Shown here in pieces: positions 11,390 to 21,367 of a stretch of 31,975 nt of DNA. Both the position numbers and the translations under genes were made by a program. Source of the DNA: Candidatus Cloacimonadota bacterium (GTDB lineage Bacteria; Cloacimonadota; Cloacimonadia; Cloacimonadales; WRIO01); assembly GCA_029564175.1 (NCBI GenBank), contig JAKQQL010000471.1, positions 1 through 31,975 on the forward strand, given 5' to 3'. The first letter of the stretch is position 1, and the number at the start of each line of letters is the position of its first letter. The notes under the pieces were generated by a model. It had not been told where the DNA came from. It searched no databases and saw nothing but the letters and a program-made list of their open reading frames with translations.

Positions 11390-14371
11390 ATGAAAGAATT
11401 TAAAAAAAACATACTTTGGAGATATCTACTTTTCATTATCATCTCACTGATGATTTCATTTCTCTTTTCTTATTATATAAAATCCATAAGAATCAAATCA
11501 AACAGAAATATCCTCTTACCAGTCTATTATGAATATATTGCCTGGGTAGAACAACGTTTGAACGAAAATACATCCGATTTGTTTTCTATACTGGATAAAC
11601 AATTTTTGAAAAATGCTCCTCATTCAATATTACTGTATGTTATTAATGATCAAACAAATGAAGTAGTTTATCAACAGGAAAATACTCAGAGTACATTGAA
11701 TATTAATGAGTTTATAAAAAATAAGGCAGTTTTATTGAGTAGCCCTGCTAATTTCTCAACAATTGATTATCAGCAGAAAAAAGATCATTATCTTTTCTTT
11801 ATTAAAAAGTATAAAACTGCTCAGAATGATTACTTGATTCTATTTGCAAAAAATATGAATGAAATATCCAGATCTCAAAATCTATATTTCATTATCATTC
11901 TGATTACATTTTTCTGTTTAATATTTTCTTTGTTACTATATCTGAATTCAAAACTAACTATCAGAGAACTAAATCAGAAAATTCAAAAACAGATAGAAAA
12001 AGAATATCATCTGTTTCAGGATTTGATCTCAAATAATCCACACTCTTTGATGATGCTGATAGACATTCATTATAAAATTCAGAAGATTACTGATGCTTTT
12101 GAAAATTTTGTTTTGTATAATAGTAATGAAATTCTCAATAAAGATATTGCCATGTTGATGCCTGAATTTCATGAAATACTTCACTATTTTTCCAGTAGTA
12201 GAAACAAAAATTTAGAACTTGAGCTAAACTGTAAAAATAATACGATGAAGATAGTGGCAATTACACTGGTACCATATTATAATCTGGAAGGGAAAATTGA
12301 GAAGTATCTGATCATATTTAACGATTTAACAGAGATAAAAAAGAAGAATGAACAATTGGCAAAAGAATTAACAACCACCAGAACCTTTTCAAGAATCAGT
12401 CAGTTAATTTCCAATGCAACTGATCCATATTTGATTGTGAAAACCATAGTCGATGAATCGAAAAATCTGATAACTTACAATCACGGAACTCTTTTCTTAG
12501 TCAATGGTGAGGAATTAAATGCCTATTACAGTAATAATCCTGATATTGTTTCCAATATTTCTAATGTAAAACTTCGAATTGGTCAGGGATTGACCGGATT
12601 AGTTGCAAAAACTCAAAAAGGAATGATAATTAACAACGCATTAGATAATCCGATACCTTCTAATGTGCCAAATACAAATGATGTAGAAGAATGTCTGATC
12701 TCTGTTCCTCTCATCAGCAAAACAAAGTTAGTAGGTGTGGCAACATTCTCAAGATTAGGTAGTAAAAATTTTGATGATGAAGATTTACAAATATTGGAAT
12801 TGCTTGCAGCACAGGCTGCATCAGTCCTGGATAACACGATGCTGATAAATCAGCTGGCTATTTCAGAAAGAAAGTACTATTCTTTGATAAATCAATCAGC
12901 TCTTTCAATTCTGATATTGAAAGAAAGAATGATTACTTATTGTAATAAACGTTTTGCTGAAATTCTTGGCTTAACACCTGAAAAAATTACCAACAAAGAT
13001 ATCACTTCGTTTATTCAACAAAAAGATAAGTCATTGTTTGCATCCCATTTAACTTCATTTCTTCTTGAAAATCAGTGCGAAGATTTTAATATAACATTGA
13101 TTAATCAATTGAAAAAGAAAATAATCATGAGCTTTTCACTCAGTATGATCTCCTGGGAAAATAATCAGTCAATTATGGTTACGGCGTTAGATATAACAGA
13201 AAAAGTTGAATTGAATAATCAACTGTTACAAACTCAAAAACTGGAATCTGTTGGTGCTTTAGCAAGTGGAATTGCGCATGACTTTAAAAATATTCTTGCA
13301 GGAATTACCGGAGCTGCTGACATGATTTTAATGCGTGAACCTGAACATACAGGTATTCATAATTTTGCTCAAATCATTAAAACATCAGCAGACAGAGGAA
13401 CAAAACTATCCCAAAGACTTCTGGGATACACTCGAAAAGGTGAAGTTGAACATCATTTATTCAATCTCAATGATGTTCTGAATGAAATTATTGAAATTGT
13501 TAGTTATACGTTTGAAAAGAATATTGAGATTTCAAAACATTTGAACGATGAAGTATTAATGTTTGAAGGCGATCCAATCAAAATACAACAGTGTATTTTA
13601 AATCTTTGTGTGAATGCAAGAGATGCGATGCCTCAGGGTGGGGTACTCAGAATTGAAAGTAAACGTATTCATTCCAGACTCCTTGACACTGAAGTATGGC
13701 CAAAACTGCAATATAGTCAGTATATTATGATTAAAGTGAGTGATACGGGTTCAGGTATTAGTGATGAGCTAAAGTCTAGAATTTTTGAACCTTTCTTTAC
13801 GACTAAAGAAAAAGGAAAGGGAACGGGTTTAGGATTATCTACCACTAAGAGTATTATTGATGAATATAATGGTGGAATTCAGATTGAGTCTGAGTTAAAC
13901 AAGGGGACTACTTTTATCATCATACTTCCGGTTATCAGTTCGGATGAACAGATTCAGATAAACAAAAATAAGGAAAAAGAGAAGAAAACACTCTTTATGA
14001 AAAGCGCTCAGTCTCTTGATATCCTTATTGTGGACGATGAAGAGTTTGTACTTGAAGTTGCCAAGGAATTGATACAGGAGTTTGGCAATAACGTTTTCAC
14101 TGCTCAATCTGGTTTTCAGGCTCTTGAGATTTTAAAGAAGAATCCTGGAATAAAGCTGGCGATTATTGATAGAATGATGCCAAAAATGGATGGGGTAAAA
14201 CTATTTCACGAGCTTAGAAAATATGACCCCAATATCAATGTTGTTATTGCCAGTGGCTTTAAAAATGATCAGGAGATTGAAATACTAAAATCTGAAGGCC
14301 TAACTGATTATATAACAAAACCATATCGTCTTGAAGATTTAAACAGAATTCTAAGTAATGTTAGTCAGTAA
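11390..14371 (+). CDS. Membrane hybrid sensor histidine kinase/response regulator (2TM-PAS-GAF-PAS-HisKA-HATPase-REC)
   Basis: GAF (GQGLTGLVAK...ISVPL...FDDEDLQILELLAAQAA), H-box GIAHDFKNIL, NLCVNARDAM, DTGSGI, PFFTTKEKGKGTGLGLS, REC ILIVDDE...IIDRMMPKMDG...ITKPY. Confidence 0.95.
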   Translation: MKEFKKNILWRYLLFIIISLMISFLFSYYIKSIRIKSNRNILLPVYYEYIAWVEQRLNENTSDLFSILDKQFLKNAPHSILLYVINDQTNEVVYQQENTQSTLNINEFIKNKAVLLSSPANFSTIDYQQKKDHYLFFIKKYKTAQNDYLILFAKNMNEISRSQNLYFIIILITFFCLIFSLLLYLNSKLTIRELNQKIQKQIEKEYHLFQDLISNNPHSLMMLIDIHYKIQKITDAFENFVLYNSNEILNKDIAMLMPEFHEILHYFSSSRNKNLELELNCKNNTMKIVAITLVPYYNLEGKIEKYLIIFNDLTEIKKKNEQLAKELTTTRTFSRISQLISNATDPYLIVKTIVDESKNLITYNHGTLFLVNGEELNAYYSNNPDIVSNISNVKLRIGQGLTGLVAKTQKGMIINNALDNPIPSNVPNTNDVEECLISVPLISKTKLVGVATFSRLGSKNFDDEDLQILELLAAQAASVLDNTMLINQLAISERKYYSLINQSALSILILKERMITYCNKRFAEILGLTPEKITNKDITSFIQQKDKSLFASHLTSFLLENQCEDFNITLINQLKKKIIMSFSLSMISWENNQSIMVTALDITEKVELNNQLLQTQKLESVGALASGIAHDFKNILAGITGAADMILMREPEHTGIHNFAQIIKTSADRGTKLSQRLLGYTRKGEVEHHLFNLNDVLNEIIEIVSYTFEKNIEISKHLNDEVLMFEGDPIKIQQCILNLCVNARDAMPQGGVLRIESKRIHSRLLDTEVWPKLQYSQYIMIKVSDTGSGISDELKSRIFEPFFTTKEKGKGTGLGLSTTKSIIDEYNGGIQIESELNKGTTFIIILPVISSDEQIQINKNKEKEKKTLFMKSAQSLDILIVDDEEFVLEVAKELIQEFGNNVFTAQSGFQALEILKKNPGIKLAIIDRMMPKMDGVKLFHELRKYDPNINVVIASGFKNDQEIEILKSEGLTDYITKPYRLEDLNRILSNVSQ

Positions 14372-14520
14372 TTATTTGAAGTAAGATATTTGTTGATTGA
14401 TGGCTTTATTACTTCGTTCTGATGCCTTTTTTCTTTTACTGTAAGTGATACGAATGTGAAAAATGATTCTATCATTCTTTTCTATTTGACAAATCTGGAT
14501 TAAATCCGAGTCATAAAAAA

Positions 14521-14615
14521 GACCAGGTTACCGATGTCACATCACATACAGAGCTTAAGGCTGCTTACTTCCGTACCTGACCTGGTTCGCAAGTAGCGAT
14601 TGCATCGGACCTGGC
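14521..14615 (-). ncRNA. ffs: Signal recognition particle RNA (small bacterial 4.5S type)
   Basis: Minus strand reads GCCAGGUCCGAUG...GAACCAGGUCAGGUACGGAAGUAAGCAGCC...CAUCGGUAACCUGGUC followed by U6; helix-8 motif with GGAA tetraloop; complementary ends. Confidence 0.93.
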
Positions 14616-14622
14616 TTTTACC

Positions 14623-14650
14623 AAACTAAATTATTGGATATAATTGTCAA
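14623..14650 (-). promoter_or_regulatory. Putative sigma70 promoter of ffs
   Basis: TTGACA (14650-14645), 16 bp, TAGTTT (14628-14623); predicted start about 14616 matches the RNA 5' end. Confidence 0.65.
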
Positions 14651-14662
14651 TAATTTTTTAGA

Positions 14663-15844
14663 TTAATTACCTGCAAGTTTTTTAATTTCAGTTACCTTGT
14701 CAGTTTTTTCCCATGTGAATTCTTCAATTTCACGTCCAAAATGACCATAAGCTGCTGTTAATCGATAAATTGGGCGTCTTAATTTCAAGCTTTCAATGAT
14801 ACCTTCAGGGGTAAGTTCGAACACTTGTCTGATTATACTGACAATTTTTGAGTCAGAGATTTTTCCTGTTCCAAAGGTGTTAACTAATAAAGAAACAGGT
14901 TCTGCAATACCAATTGCGTATGCAAGCTGAACTTCTATTTCATCAGCAAGGTCAGCTGCCACAATATTTTTAGCAATATATCTTGCCATATAAGCTGCAC
15001 TACGATCAACTTTTGAAGGATCTTTCCCTGAGAATGCACCACCACCGTGCCTACCCATACCACCATAGGTATCTACAATTATTTTGCGACCAGTAAGCCC
15101 TGTGTCCGCATGTGGACCTCCAATCACAAAACGACCGGTAGGATTAATAAATATTTTGGTGTCTTTATCAATCATATTCGCAGGAATAATAACATCAATG
15201 ACGTGTTTTTTTAAATCTTTTTCAATTTGTTCATGAGTAACATCTGGATTATGTTGAGCTGAGATTACGACTGTATCTACACGTATTGGTTGATTATTGT
15301 CATCATATTCTACGGTAACCTGAGTTTTTCCATCTGGTCTAAGATAGTCTAAAACAGGTAAATTATTCTTATCGCCTTTGCGAACAAAAGCAAGTCTTTG
15401 TGCCAGTTTTTGAGATAATGAAATGGGGAGGGGCATTAGCTCAGGTGTTTCTTTCACTGCATATCCAAACATCATTCCCTGATCGCCAGCACCCATTGCA
15501 TGGGTTTTGGTTTTATCTACACCCATTGCAATATCAGGTGATTGTCTGTCAATGCTTGTTAAAACAGCACACGTTTTGTAATCAATACCAAACTCTGCAT
15601 CAGTATAACCAATTTCTTTAATTGTATTTCTAACAATTTCAGGGATATCAACGTAACATGAAGTCGTAATTTCTCCACCAACTAAAGCCATACCAGTTGT
15701 TACAAATGTTTCGCAAGCTACACGTCCGTATGGGTCGCAGGTAAAAATTGCATCTAAAACTGCATCAGAAATCTGATCGGCCATTTTATCTGGATGACCT
15801 TCGGTTACAGATTCCGAGGTAAATACATGAGGTTCCTTTATCAT
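14663..15844 (-). CDS. metK: S-adenosylmethionine synthetase
   Basis: [49 protein letters not shown]. Confidence 0.99.
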   Translation of the reverse strand: MIKEPHVFTSESVTEGHPDKMADQISDAVLDAIFTCDPYGRVACETFVTTGMALVGGEITTSCYVDIPEIVRNTIKEIGYTDAEFGIDYKTCAVLTSIDRQSPDIAMGVDKTKTHAMGAGDQGMMFGYAVKETPELMPLPISLSQKLAQRLAFVRKGDKNNLPVLDYLRPDGKTQVTVEYDDNNQPIRVDTVVISAQHNPDVTHEQIEKDLKKHVIDVIIPANMIDKDTKIFINPTGRFVIGGPHADTGLTGRKIIVDTYGGMGRHGGGAFSGKDPSKVDRSAAYMARYIAKNIVAADLADEIEVQLAYAIGIAEPVSLLVNTFGTGKISDSKIVSIIRQVFELTPEGIIESLKLRRPIYRLTAAYGHFGREIEEFTWEKTDKVTEIKKLAGN

Positions 15845-15882
15845 TTTTCCTCCCTTAATGAGTATTTATTCACACTATATTA

Positions 15883-15930
15883 TGAACGATCTGGGTGATC
15901 GTCCAGGTGAAACGACCGAAAGATCGTTTA
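15883..15930 (-). promoter_or_regulatory. Structured element in the metK 5' region
   Basis: Outer stem AACGAUCU/AGAUCGUU and inner stem GGUCGUUU/GGACGAUC (three G-U pairs on the minus strand), about 40 nt upstream of the metK start. Confidence 0.5.
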
Positions 15931-15979
15931 AAAAGCTCTTATCAAAATCTGAATCAAAGTCAATTATGTCAATAAAAAT

Positions 15980-17023
15980 CTATATATTTTGTTTTAAATA
16001 ATTGATAAAATTGATTGTTGTAGGATTTGTCTGATTGAGTATTGCCAGATAAAAGCTGATCATATCTCCCAGATATATGAGAGAAAAAACCTTTGTTAGT
16101 GGTATGTCTCCGTCTGCAAAGAACTCCAGATAATCAATATTCTGCTCGTTTAAGAGCTTTTTAAAGACTCTGATTCGTTTTTCATAGTTATTCTCTTCAT
16201 TAAAGAATCGGAGAAAAACAGGCATAAAATGGTTGTTAAATGATTTATTTTCCCAGGCTTCTATTTCATTATGATTCATTTCTGGAAATGTATGGAAATA
16301 AGCTGGATATTTTGTATTTTCATTGATTTGACATTTCCAGCGGTAAGCAACTGCTGATAAAACAGGGTTTGATGAATATAGAAGCGGTATTTTTCCATTT
16401 AAATTTTCTGCAGAGCTCTTTGCAAAATTTTGTGTCGAAGGAACTGATTTTGCAACAGCACCCGCTTTCATCATAAGTGCCGCTGCAACTTTGTTGACAG
16501 CCTTAGTCTGATCTTCAACGATTCCATTTAACTCCAGTACTTTTAAGACTGAGAAAAACAGCCAGGCTATTGCAGAACGAGGTGGAAATCCTGGCTTTAA
16601 CTCCAGCCATGGATAAAGATTGTCAATAATAGATTTTACTTTACCTCCGGTTGTAACACCCCAAATAATTGCCTTTTTTTCAATCGCTGTTTTTAAACAG
16701 GCAACAGTCTCTTCTGTATCTCCAGAATAAGAACAAGCAATAAAAAGTGTGTTTTCATCACAGTACGGGAGATAATAATCTTTTACAATATTGATACTTA
16801 TATTTTGATTATACAGTGCATAGATGATGTCTCCTGCAATAGCTGAACCACCCATCCCAGAAATGATGACTTTATTGATTTTTGTTTGAGGATTTTTCTC
16901 GAAATGATGTATATTTGCTTTGAAATAAGCTTCAAGTATATGCTCTGGCATATGGATTATTTTATGATACATATCTTCTGTATCTATCTGTTTGATTAAA
17001 TCGATGTTATCTAACACATTCAT
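15980..17023 (-). CDS. Bifunctional phosphoglucose/phosphomannose isomerase (SIS family)
   Basis: GMGGSAIAGD, SYSGDTEET, PPRSA, RWKCQINENTK, PEMNHNEIE. Confidence 0.92.
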   Translation of the reverse strand: MNVLDNIDLIKQIDTEDMYHKIIHMPEHILEAYFKANIHHFEKNPQTKINKVIISGMGGSAIAGDIIYALYNQNISINIVKDYYLPYCDENTLFIACSYSGDTEETVACLKTAIEKKAIIWGVTTGGKVKSIIDNLYPWLELKPGFPPRSAIAWLFFSVLKVLELNGIVEDQTKAVNKVAAALMMKAGAVAKSVPSTQNFAKSSAENLNGKIPLLYSSNPVLSAVAYRWKCQINENTKYPAYFHTFPEMNHNEIEAWENKSFNNHFMPVFLRFFNEENNYEKRIRVFKKLLNEQNIDYLEFFADGDIPLTKVFSLIYLGDMISFYLAILNQTNPTTINFINYLKQNI

Positions 17024-18387
17024 ATAAACCGTCCATTTTTACTTTTTTCATTTATGTAAGCCTTAATTTCTTCGGCTTGTTTTTCAAAACCTTTTTTTCC
17101 CATCAGGGCATAAGTTGCAATCTTGCCTGCTTCAACACCAGGCTGATCAAGAGGATTGATGTCCAGATAATAACCTGCAATGATTGTCTGCATTTCGTAC
17201 AGGTATATAAACTCGCCTAGATTTTCTTCGTTAATCTCAGGGAAAATGATGTTACAGTTGGGGCGTCCGGCATCTGTGAGTGCAATTTCAGTTGCGAGTC
17301 TTTCTGCTAGCAGTAATTCACTGATATTTTTTTCTCCCAGGTAATTGATTTCGCTTCTCTCTGGATAAAGATTGGGTATTTTGAAATCAAAGCCATAATT
17401 TTCTACCGTAATAAATGTAATAATTTTATCATTTGGACCTTCAGCATAAAGCTGAATCTGGGAGTGTTGGTCGGTAGTACCTAATGCTTTTACCGGAGTT
17501 TGTCCTACTTCAATCTTTTTACCTGCGAGATCAAATCGTTTTCCAAGACTTTCTGCCCATAACTGTCTGTACCAGTCCGCAAAGTCATATAAAGAATTGA
17601 CATAAGGCATCATTACAGAAATATTCTTATTTTTTTTCATGTACAGATAGTGAATCATTGCATTAAGATAAGCCGGATTTTGCCAGATACAATCTTTGTC
17701 GCATCTGTCTCTCATGTTTGCTGCACCTTTAAGCATGGCTTTTATATCAGCTCCGATGAAGGCTGAAGATACTAAACCTACATCTGTCAGAACAGAAAAA
17801 CGACCTCCTACACTATCAGGCACGATAAAATCTTTGTAGCCTTCTTCTTTAATCAGTTGTCTTAAGAATCCTTTTTCTTTGTCTGTTGTTATTATAATTT
17901 GTTTTTTATAGGTATCAGGACATTTTTTTTTCAGTAAATCGAGTATAATTAAAAAAGTGGACATGGTTTCAGCGGTTGTACCAGATTTGGTAATAACATT
18001 AAATAGAGTTCTGTTCCAGTTAATTTGACTCAGTATGTCTTCTATCATGTAGGGATCTACATTATCCATGACATGTAATCTTTTATCTAATTTTTTAACT
18101 GTTTTAAGAGCAGAATATATCGCTTTATTTCCTAAGGCAGAGCCACCAATGCCTAAAACAACCATATCATCATAATCATTTTTAACTGAGTCAATATATT
18201 CAATAATATGATCAACCTGATAGTCAGGTAGATCATAAAATCCCAGAATATCTTTTTTTCGTTCTTTTTGAAATCTGTTCCGTGCATTCAAACATAAGTG
18301 AGAATTATTCTCAATCTCAGCAACAGTAATACCACAATCAATCTTTGAAGATTTCATTAGATTTGCGTAATCTAATCTGATACTCAT
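17020..18387 (-). CDS. pgi: Glucose-6-phosphate isomerase
   Basis: GIGGSALG, TKSGTTAET, VGGRFSV, QLWAESLGK, GTTDQHSQIQL, DQPGVEAGK. Confidence 0.96.
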   Translation of the reverse strand: MSIRLDYANLMKSSKIDCGITVAEIENNSHLCLNARNRFQKERKKDILGFYDLPDYQVDHIIEYIDSVKNDYDDMVVLGIGGSALGNKAIYSALKTVKKLDKRLHVMDNVDPYMIEDILSQINWNRTLFNVITKSGTTAETMSTFLIILDLLKKKCPDTYKKQIIITTDKEKGFLRQLIKEEGYKDFIVPDSVGGRFSVLTDVGLVSSAFIGADIKAMLKGAANMRDRCDKDCIWQNPAYLNAMIHYLYMKKNKNISVMMPYVNSLYDFADWYRQLWAESLGKRFDLAGKKIEVGQTPVKALGTTDQHSQIQLYAEGPNDKIITFITVENYGFDFKIPNLYPERSEINYLGEKNISELLLAERLATEIALTDAGRPNCNIIFPEINEENLGEFIYLYEMQTIIAGYYLDINPLDQPGVEAGKIATYALMGKKGFEKQAEEIKAYINEKSKNGRFI

Positions 18388-20123
18388 TTCCCCTCCTGTT
18401 TTATTAAAATAGATTGCTTTAGATTATCCAGATAATACTTGATTTCACTGCTTTCCATGAGTGTGTTTAGTTTGTCTGGATATTCAATTAGTTTCTGATA
18501 ACTGATGGAGCGTATATATTGTTTAACTCTAAGTAGATTATGAAGATTCACACTGAGTTCTTTTATCCCAAATTTTAAAAGCAAAGCAATAAACTGCTCA
18601 TCGCTGGCAATTTCTCCGCAGACAGCAACAGGTTTTTTATGCTTAATTGCAGATTCTGCAGTGATTTTAATGAGATGTAAGAATGCATGGTTATACAAAT
18701 TATAATAATTGGCTACATTCTCGTTGTTTCTGTCAACTGCTACAGTATATTGAAGCAAATCATTCGTGCCAATACTGAAAAAATCACTTTCTTTTGCAAG
18801 TATATCAGAGATAAGCGCTGCAGAAGGTATTTCTATCATTGTGCCGATTTTGATGTCCTGATTATATTCGATAGAGTATTCATCTAGCTCTTTCATACAT
18901 TCAATGACATACTTTTTTGCAATTCGAAATTCTTCAATTGAAGATATCAAAGGGAACATGATATGAATATTTCCAAAAACTGATGCTTTTAAAATCGCTT
19001 TAATCTGTGTTTTAAAAACGTTGGGGTATTTCAGAGAAAAACGGATTCCGCGACAACCCAGATAGGGATTATCTTCTTTAAAATGAGGATACCAATTTGC
19101 CAATTTGTCTCCGCCGATATCAATTGTACGAATAATTACTGGCTTTCCTTTAGATTGAATGGCAATATTTTTATAGATATTAAACTGCTCAGTTTCAGAT
19201 GGCATTAAGGCTCTGTTTATATAAAAAAATTCCGTTCTGAACAGTCCAACACCGTCTGCGTGAATATTACTGACGGTATCAATTTCTGTTGGCAATTCTA
19301 TATTTGCCATCAGATGGATTTTTTCTCCATCGGCTGTTTCTGTTGGCAAGGATATGATATTTTTGAGATAATCAAATTCAATGTCTTCTTTTAACTTCAA
19401 TTCTTCAAATCTTTCTATTGTTTCCTGGTCAGGGTTTACTATCACCTGACCCTGTTCAGCATCGAGAATAATCATATCATTGTCATGGATTTTGTGATAA
19501 AAGTGAATTCCTGTAATGACAGGCAGGTTCATCGCCCTGGCCAGAATAACTGAATGAGAGGTTTTACTTCCTCTTTGCAGGATTAATCCCTGAGCTTTTC
19601 TTTTTACAATTTCTGAAATCATTGAAGGAGGAATATCTTCCATGACAACAATACAGTTTTCTTCTAGTTGATCAGAAAGAGTATCATCTTTTTTAAGCAG
19701 ATAGTTCATTAGTCTTTCATACGTATCTTTATAATCTATAGCTCTTTCTGCATAAAATTCATTATCCATATTCTTAAAGAAATTGATTGTTTTATTAAAA
19801 TAAAGCGTAGTAGCCTGTTCCAGATTATGTAGATCTTCTGATACTAAATCAAAAATACCTTTTTTAATGTCAGGATCAGTCAGTATCAGTTTATGAGTAT
19901 CGAGAATTTCTTTATCTTCTTTGGAAAAGGCATATTTCTCAATATACTCTTCAATGTCTCTGCTTAAAATCTCTATTGCAAGATTATATCTGTCTTTTTC
20001 ATTTTCGATTTCATGTTTTTGAATCTGTCTTTCATCAAAAACAATTTTCTTTTCATTTATGATACGTGCTTTACCTATACCTACTCCATTTGATACCTTA
20101 ACACCCTCAATGAAAAACATCAT
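18384..20123 (-). CDS. ptsI: PTS enzyme I (PEP-protein phosphotransferase), no GAF domain
   Basis: GSKTSHSVILAR phospho-His motif, GVGLFRTEF, EDNPYLGCRGIRF, SIGTNDLLQY, VCGEIA. Confidence 0.96.
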   Translation of the reverse strand: MMFFIEGVKVSNGVGIGKARIINEKKIVFDERQIQKHEIENEKDRYNLAIEILSRDIEEYIEKYAFSKEDKEILDTHKLILTDPDIKKGIFDLVSEDLHNLEQATTLYFNKTINFFKNMDNEFYAERAIDYKDTYERLMNYLLKKDDTLSDQLEENCIVVMEDIPPSMISEIVKRKAQGLILQRGSKTSHSVILARAMNLPVITGIHFYHKIHDNDMIILDAEQGQVIVNPDQETIERFEELKLKEDIEFDYLKNIISLPTETADGEKIHLMANIELPTEIDTVSNIHADGVGLFRTEFFYINRALMPSETEQFNIYKNIAIQSKGKPVIIRTIDIGGDKLANWYPHFKEDNPYLGCRGIRFSLKYPNVFKTQIKAILKASVFGNIHIMFPLISSIEEFRIAKKYVIECMKELDEYSIEYNQDIKIGTMIEIPSAALISDILAKESDFFSIGTNDLLQYTVAVDRNNENVANYYNLYNHAFLHLIKITAESAIKHKKPVAVCGEIASDEQFIALLLKFGIKELSVNLHNLLRVKQYIRSISYQKLIEYPDKLNTLMESSEIKYYLDNLKQSILIKQEGK

Positions 20124-20389
20124 TAATCTTCTCCAAATTTTTCAGCGAACAATTTTTCTACTTCCTCAATCAAATAATCTTCATCCACTCCATCTGCAAT
20201 CAGTTCAATTTCTGATTGATATTCTGCTGCCAGCATCATTACACCCATGATACTTTTACCGTTAATCGTCATATCTTCTTTACGGATATGAAAATCAGAA
20301 CGAAATTTATTGGCCAGCTTTACTAACAATGATGAAGGGCGGGCATGTAATCCCAATCTGTTTTGTACAGTAATTTTTTTTCTAAACAT
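20123..20389 (-). CDS. ptsH: Phosphocarrier protein HPr
   Basis: GLHARP (His15) and NGKSIMGVMML (regulatory Ser). Confidence 0.97.
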   Translation of the reverse strand: MFRKKITVQNRLGLHARPSSLLVKLANKFRSDFHIRKEDMTINGKSIMGVMMLAAEYQSEIELIADGVDEDYLIEEVEKLFAEKFGED

Positions 20390-20398
20390 AATTTATCC

Positions 20399-21367
20399 TT
20401 AATTTTCCTGTAAATTTCCGCTAATAGTTCTCATTCTTGTCTTTTGTTGCATTTCTTCAGCCAGTTTACGTTGCATCGCTTCAGCTCCATCATACCCATA
20501 AGTTTTAAGTATATGATTCATGGCTATGACTTCAATAATGACCGATACGTTTTTCCCTGGAGAAATAGGAAGATAGATTGTTGGTATATTTATCCCAAGT
20601 AATTCTGTATGTTGATTAGTCAGACCAATTCGTTCGTAATCCATATTTTCACGCCAGGGCATGAGCTCTACCTGAATATCGATTTTACATTCTTTTCGTA
20701 TCGCTTCAATACCAAACATTCTTTCTACATCGATAATACCAACTCCCCTGATTTCCATAAAATGTCCTATGTCTTTGGTTGCCATACCGTAAAGCTTGTC
20801 TTCCTGAAGTTTTAATTTCACAATATCATCTGTAATCAACCTGTGCTTTCTTTCAACTAATTCTAATGCACATTCACTCTTTCCAATTCCACTACGTCCA
20901 GCCAGAAGAATACCTACGCCAAATACTTCAACCAGAGTACCATGTAAGGATTGTTCTGGTGCAAAGTAATCTCTCATAAACCGGCTTAACTGCCAATAGA
21001 GTTTTTCTGTAGCAAGTCGGCTGACAATAATAGGTACGTTTTTTTCATTAGCAATAAATTCCATCTGGCTGGGCACTGAAAGTCCTTTACTGACCATGAA
21101 ACAAGGGATATTCATACTCATCATTTCATTTAGGCGGTCATAGAGAATATCATCCTGCAGGGTTTGTAAATAATTGATTTCCGTTTCACCCAGAAGTTGA
21201 ATTCGCTGATAGGGGAATCTGTCAAAAAAACCAGACAAAGCAAGCCCTGGTCGATGAATATGGGGTTCAATAATTTTTTTATCCATAGATCCGGGGTCAG
21301 TAACAATTGAGAGGACAAATCTTTGGCGACAAAGATCGAAAAAATGTTTAATACTCAATTCTTTCAT
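20399..21367 (-). CDS. hprK: HPr(Ser) kinase/phosphorylase
   Basis: HRPGLALSGFF, HGTLVEVFGVGILLAGRSGIGKSECALEL, LITDD, MEIRGVGII, PGKNVSVIIEVIAMN. Confidence 0.97.
   Translation of the reverse strand: MKELSIKHFFDLCRQRFVLSIVTDPGSMDKKIIEPHIHRPGLALSGFFDRFPYQRIQLLGETEINYLQTLQDDILYDRLNEMMSMNIPCFMVSKGLSVPSQMEFIANEKNVPIIVSRLATEKLYWQLSRFMRDYFAPEQSLHGTLVEVFGVGILLAGRSGIGKSECALELVERKHRLITDDIVKLKLQEDKLYGMATKDIGHFMEIRGVGIIDVERMFGIEAIRKECKIDIQVELMPWRENMDYERIGLTNQHTELLGINIPTIYLPISPGKNVSVIIEVIAMNHILKTYGYDGAEAMQRKLAEEMQQKTRMRTISGNLQEN

Noticed and set aside
14486..14517. Plus-strand TTGACA that could drive antisense RNA to ffs
   Set aside because: No acceptable -10 at 16-18 bp spacing.
15936..15945. CTCTTATCAA resembling the SAM-I P1 strand near metK
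   Set aside because: It lies on the strand opposite to metK, and no SAM-I core (P2 kink-turn, GCAACC, GUGC) is present.
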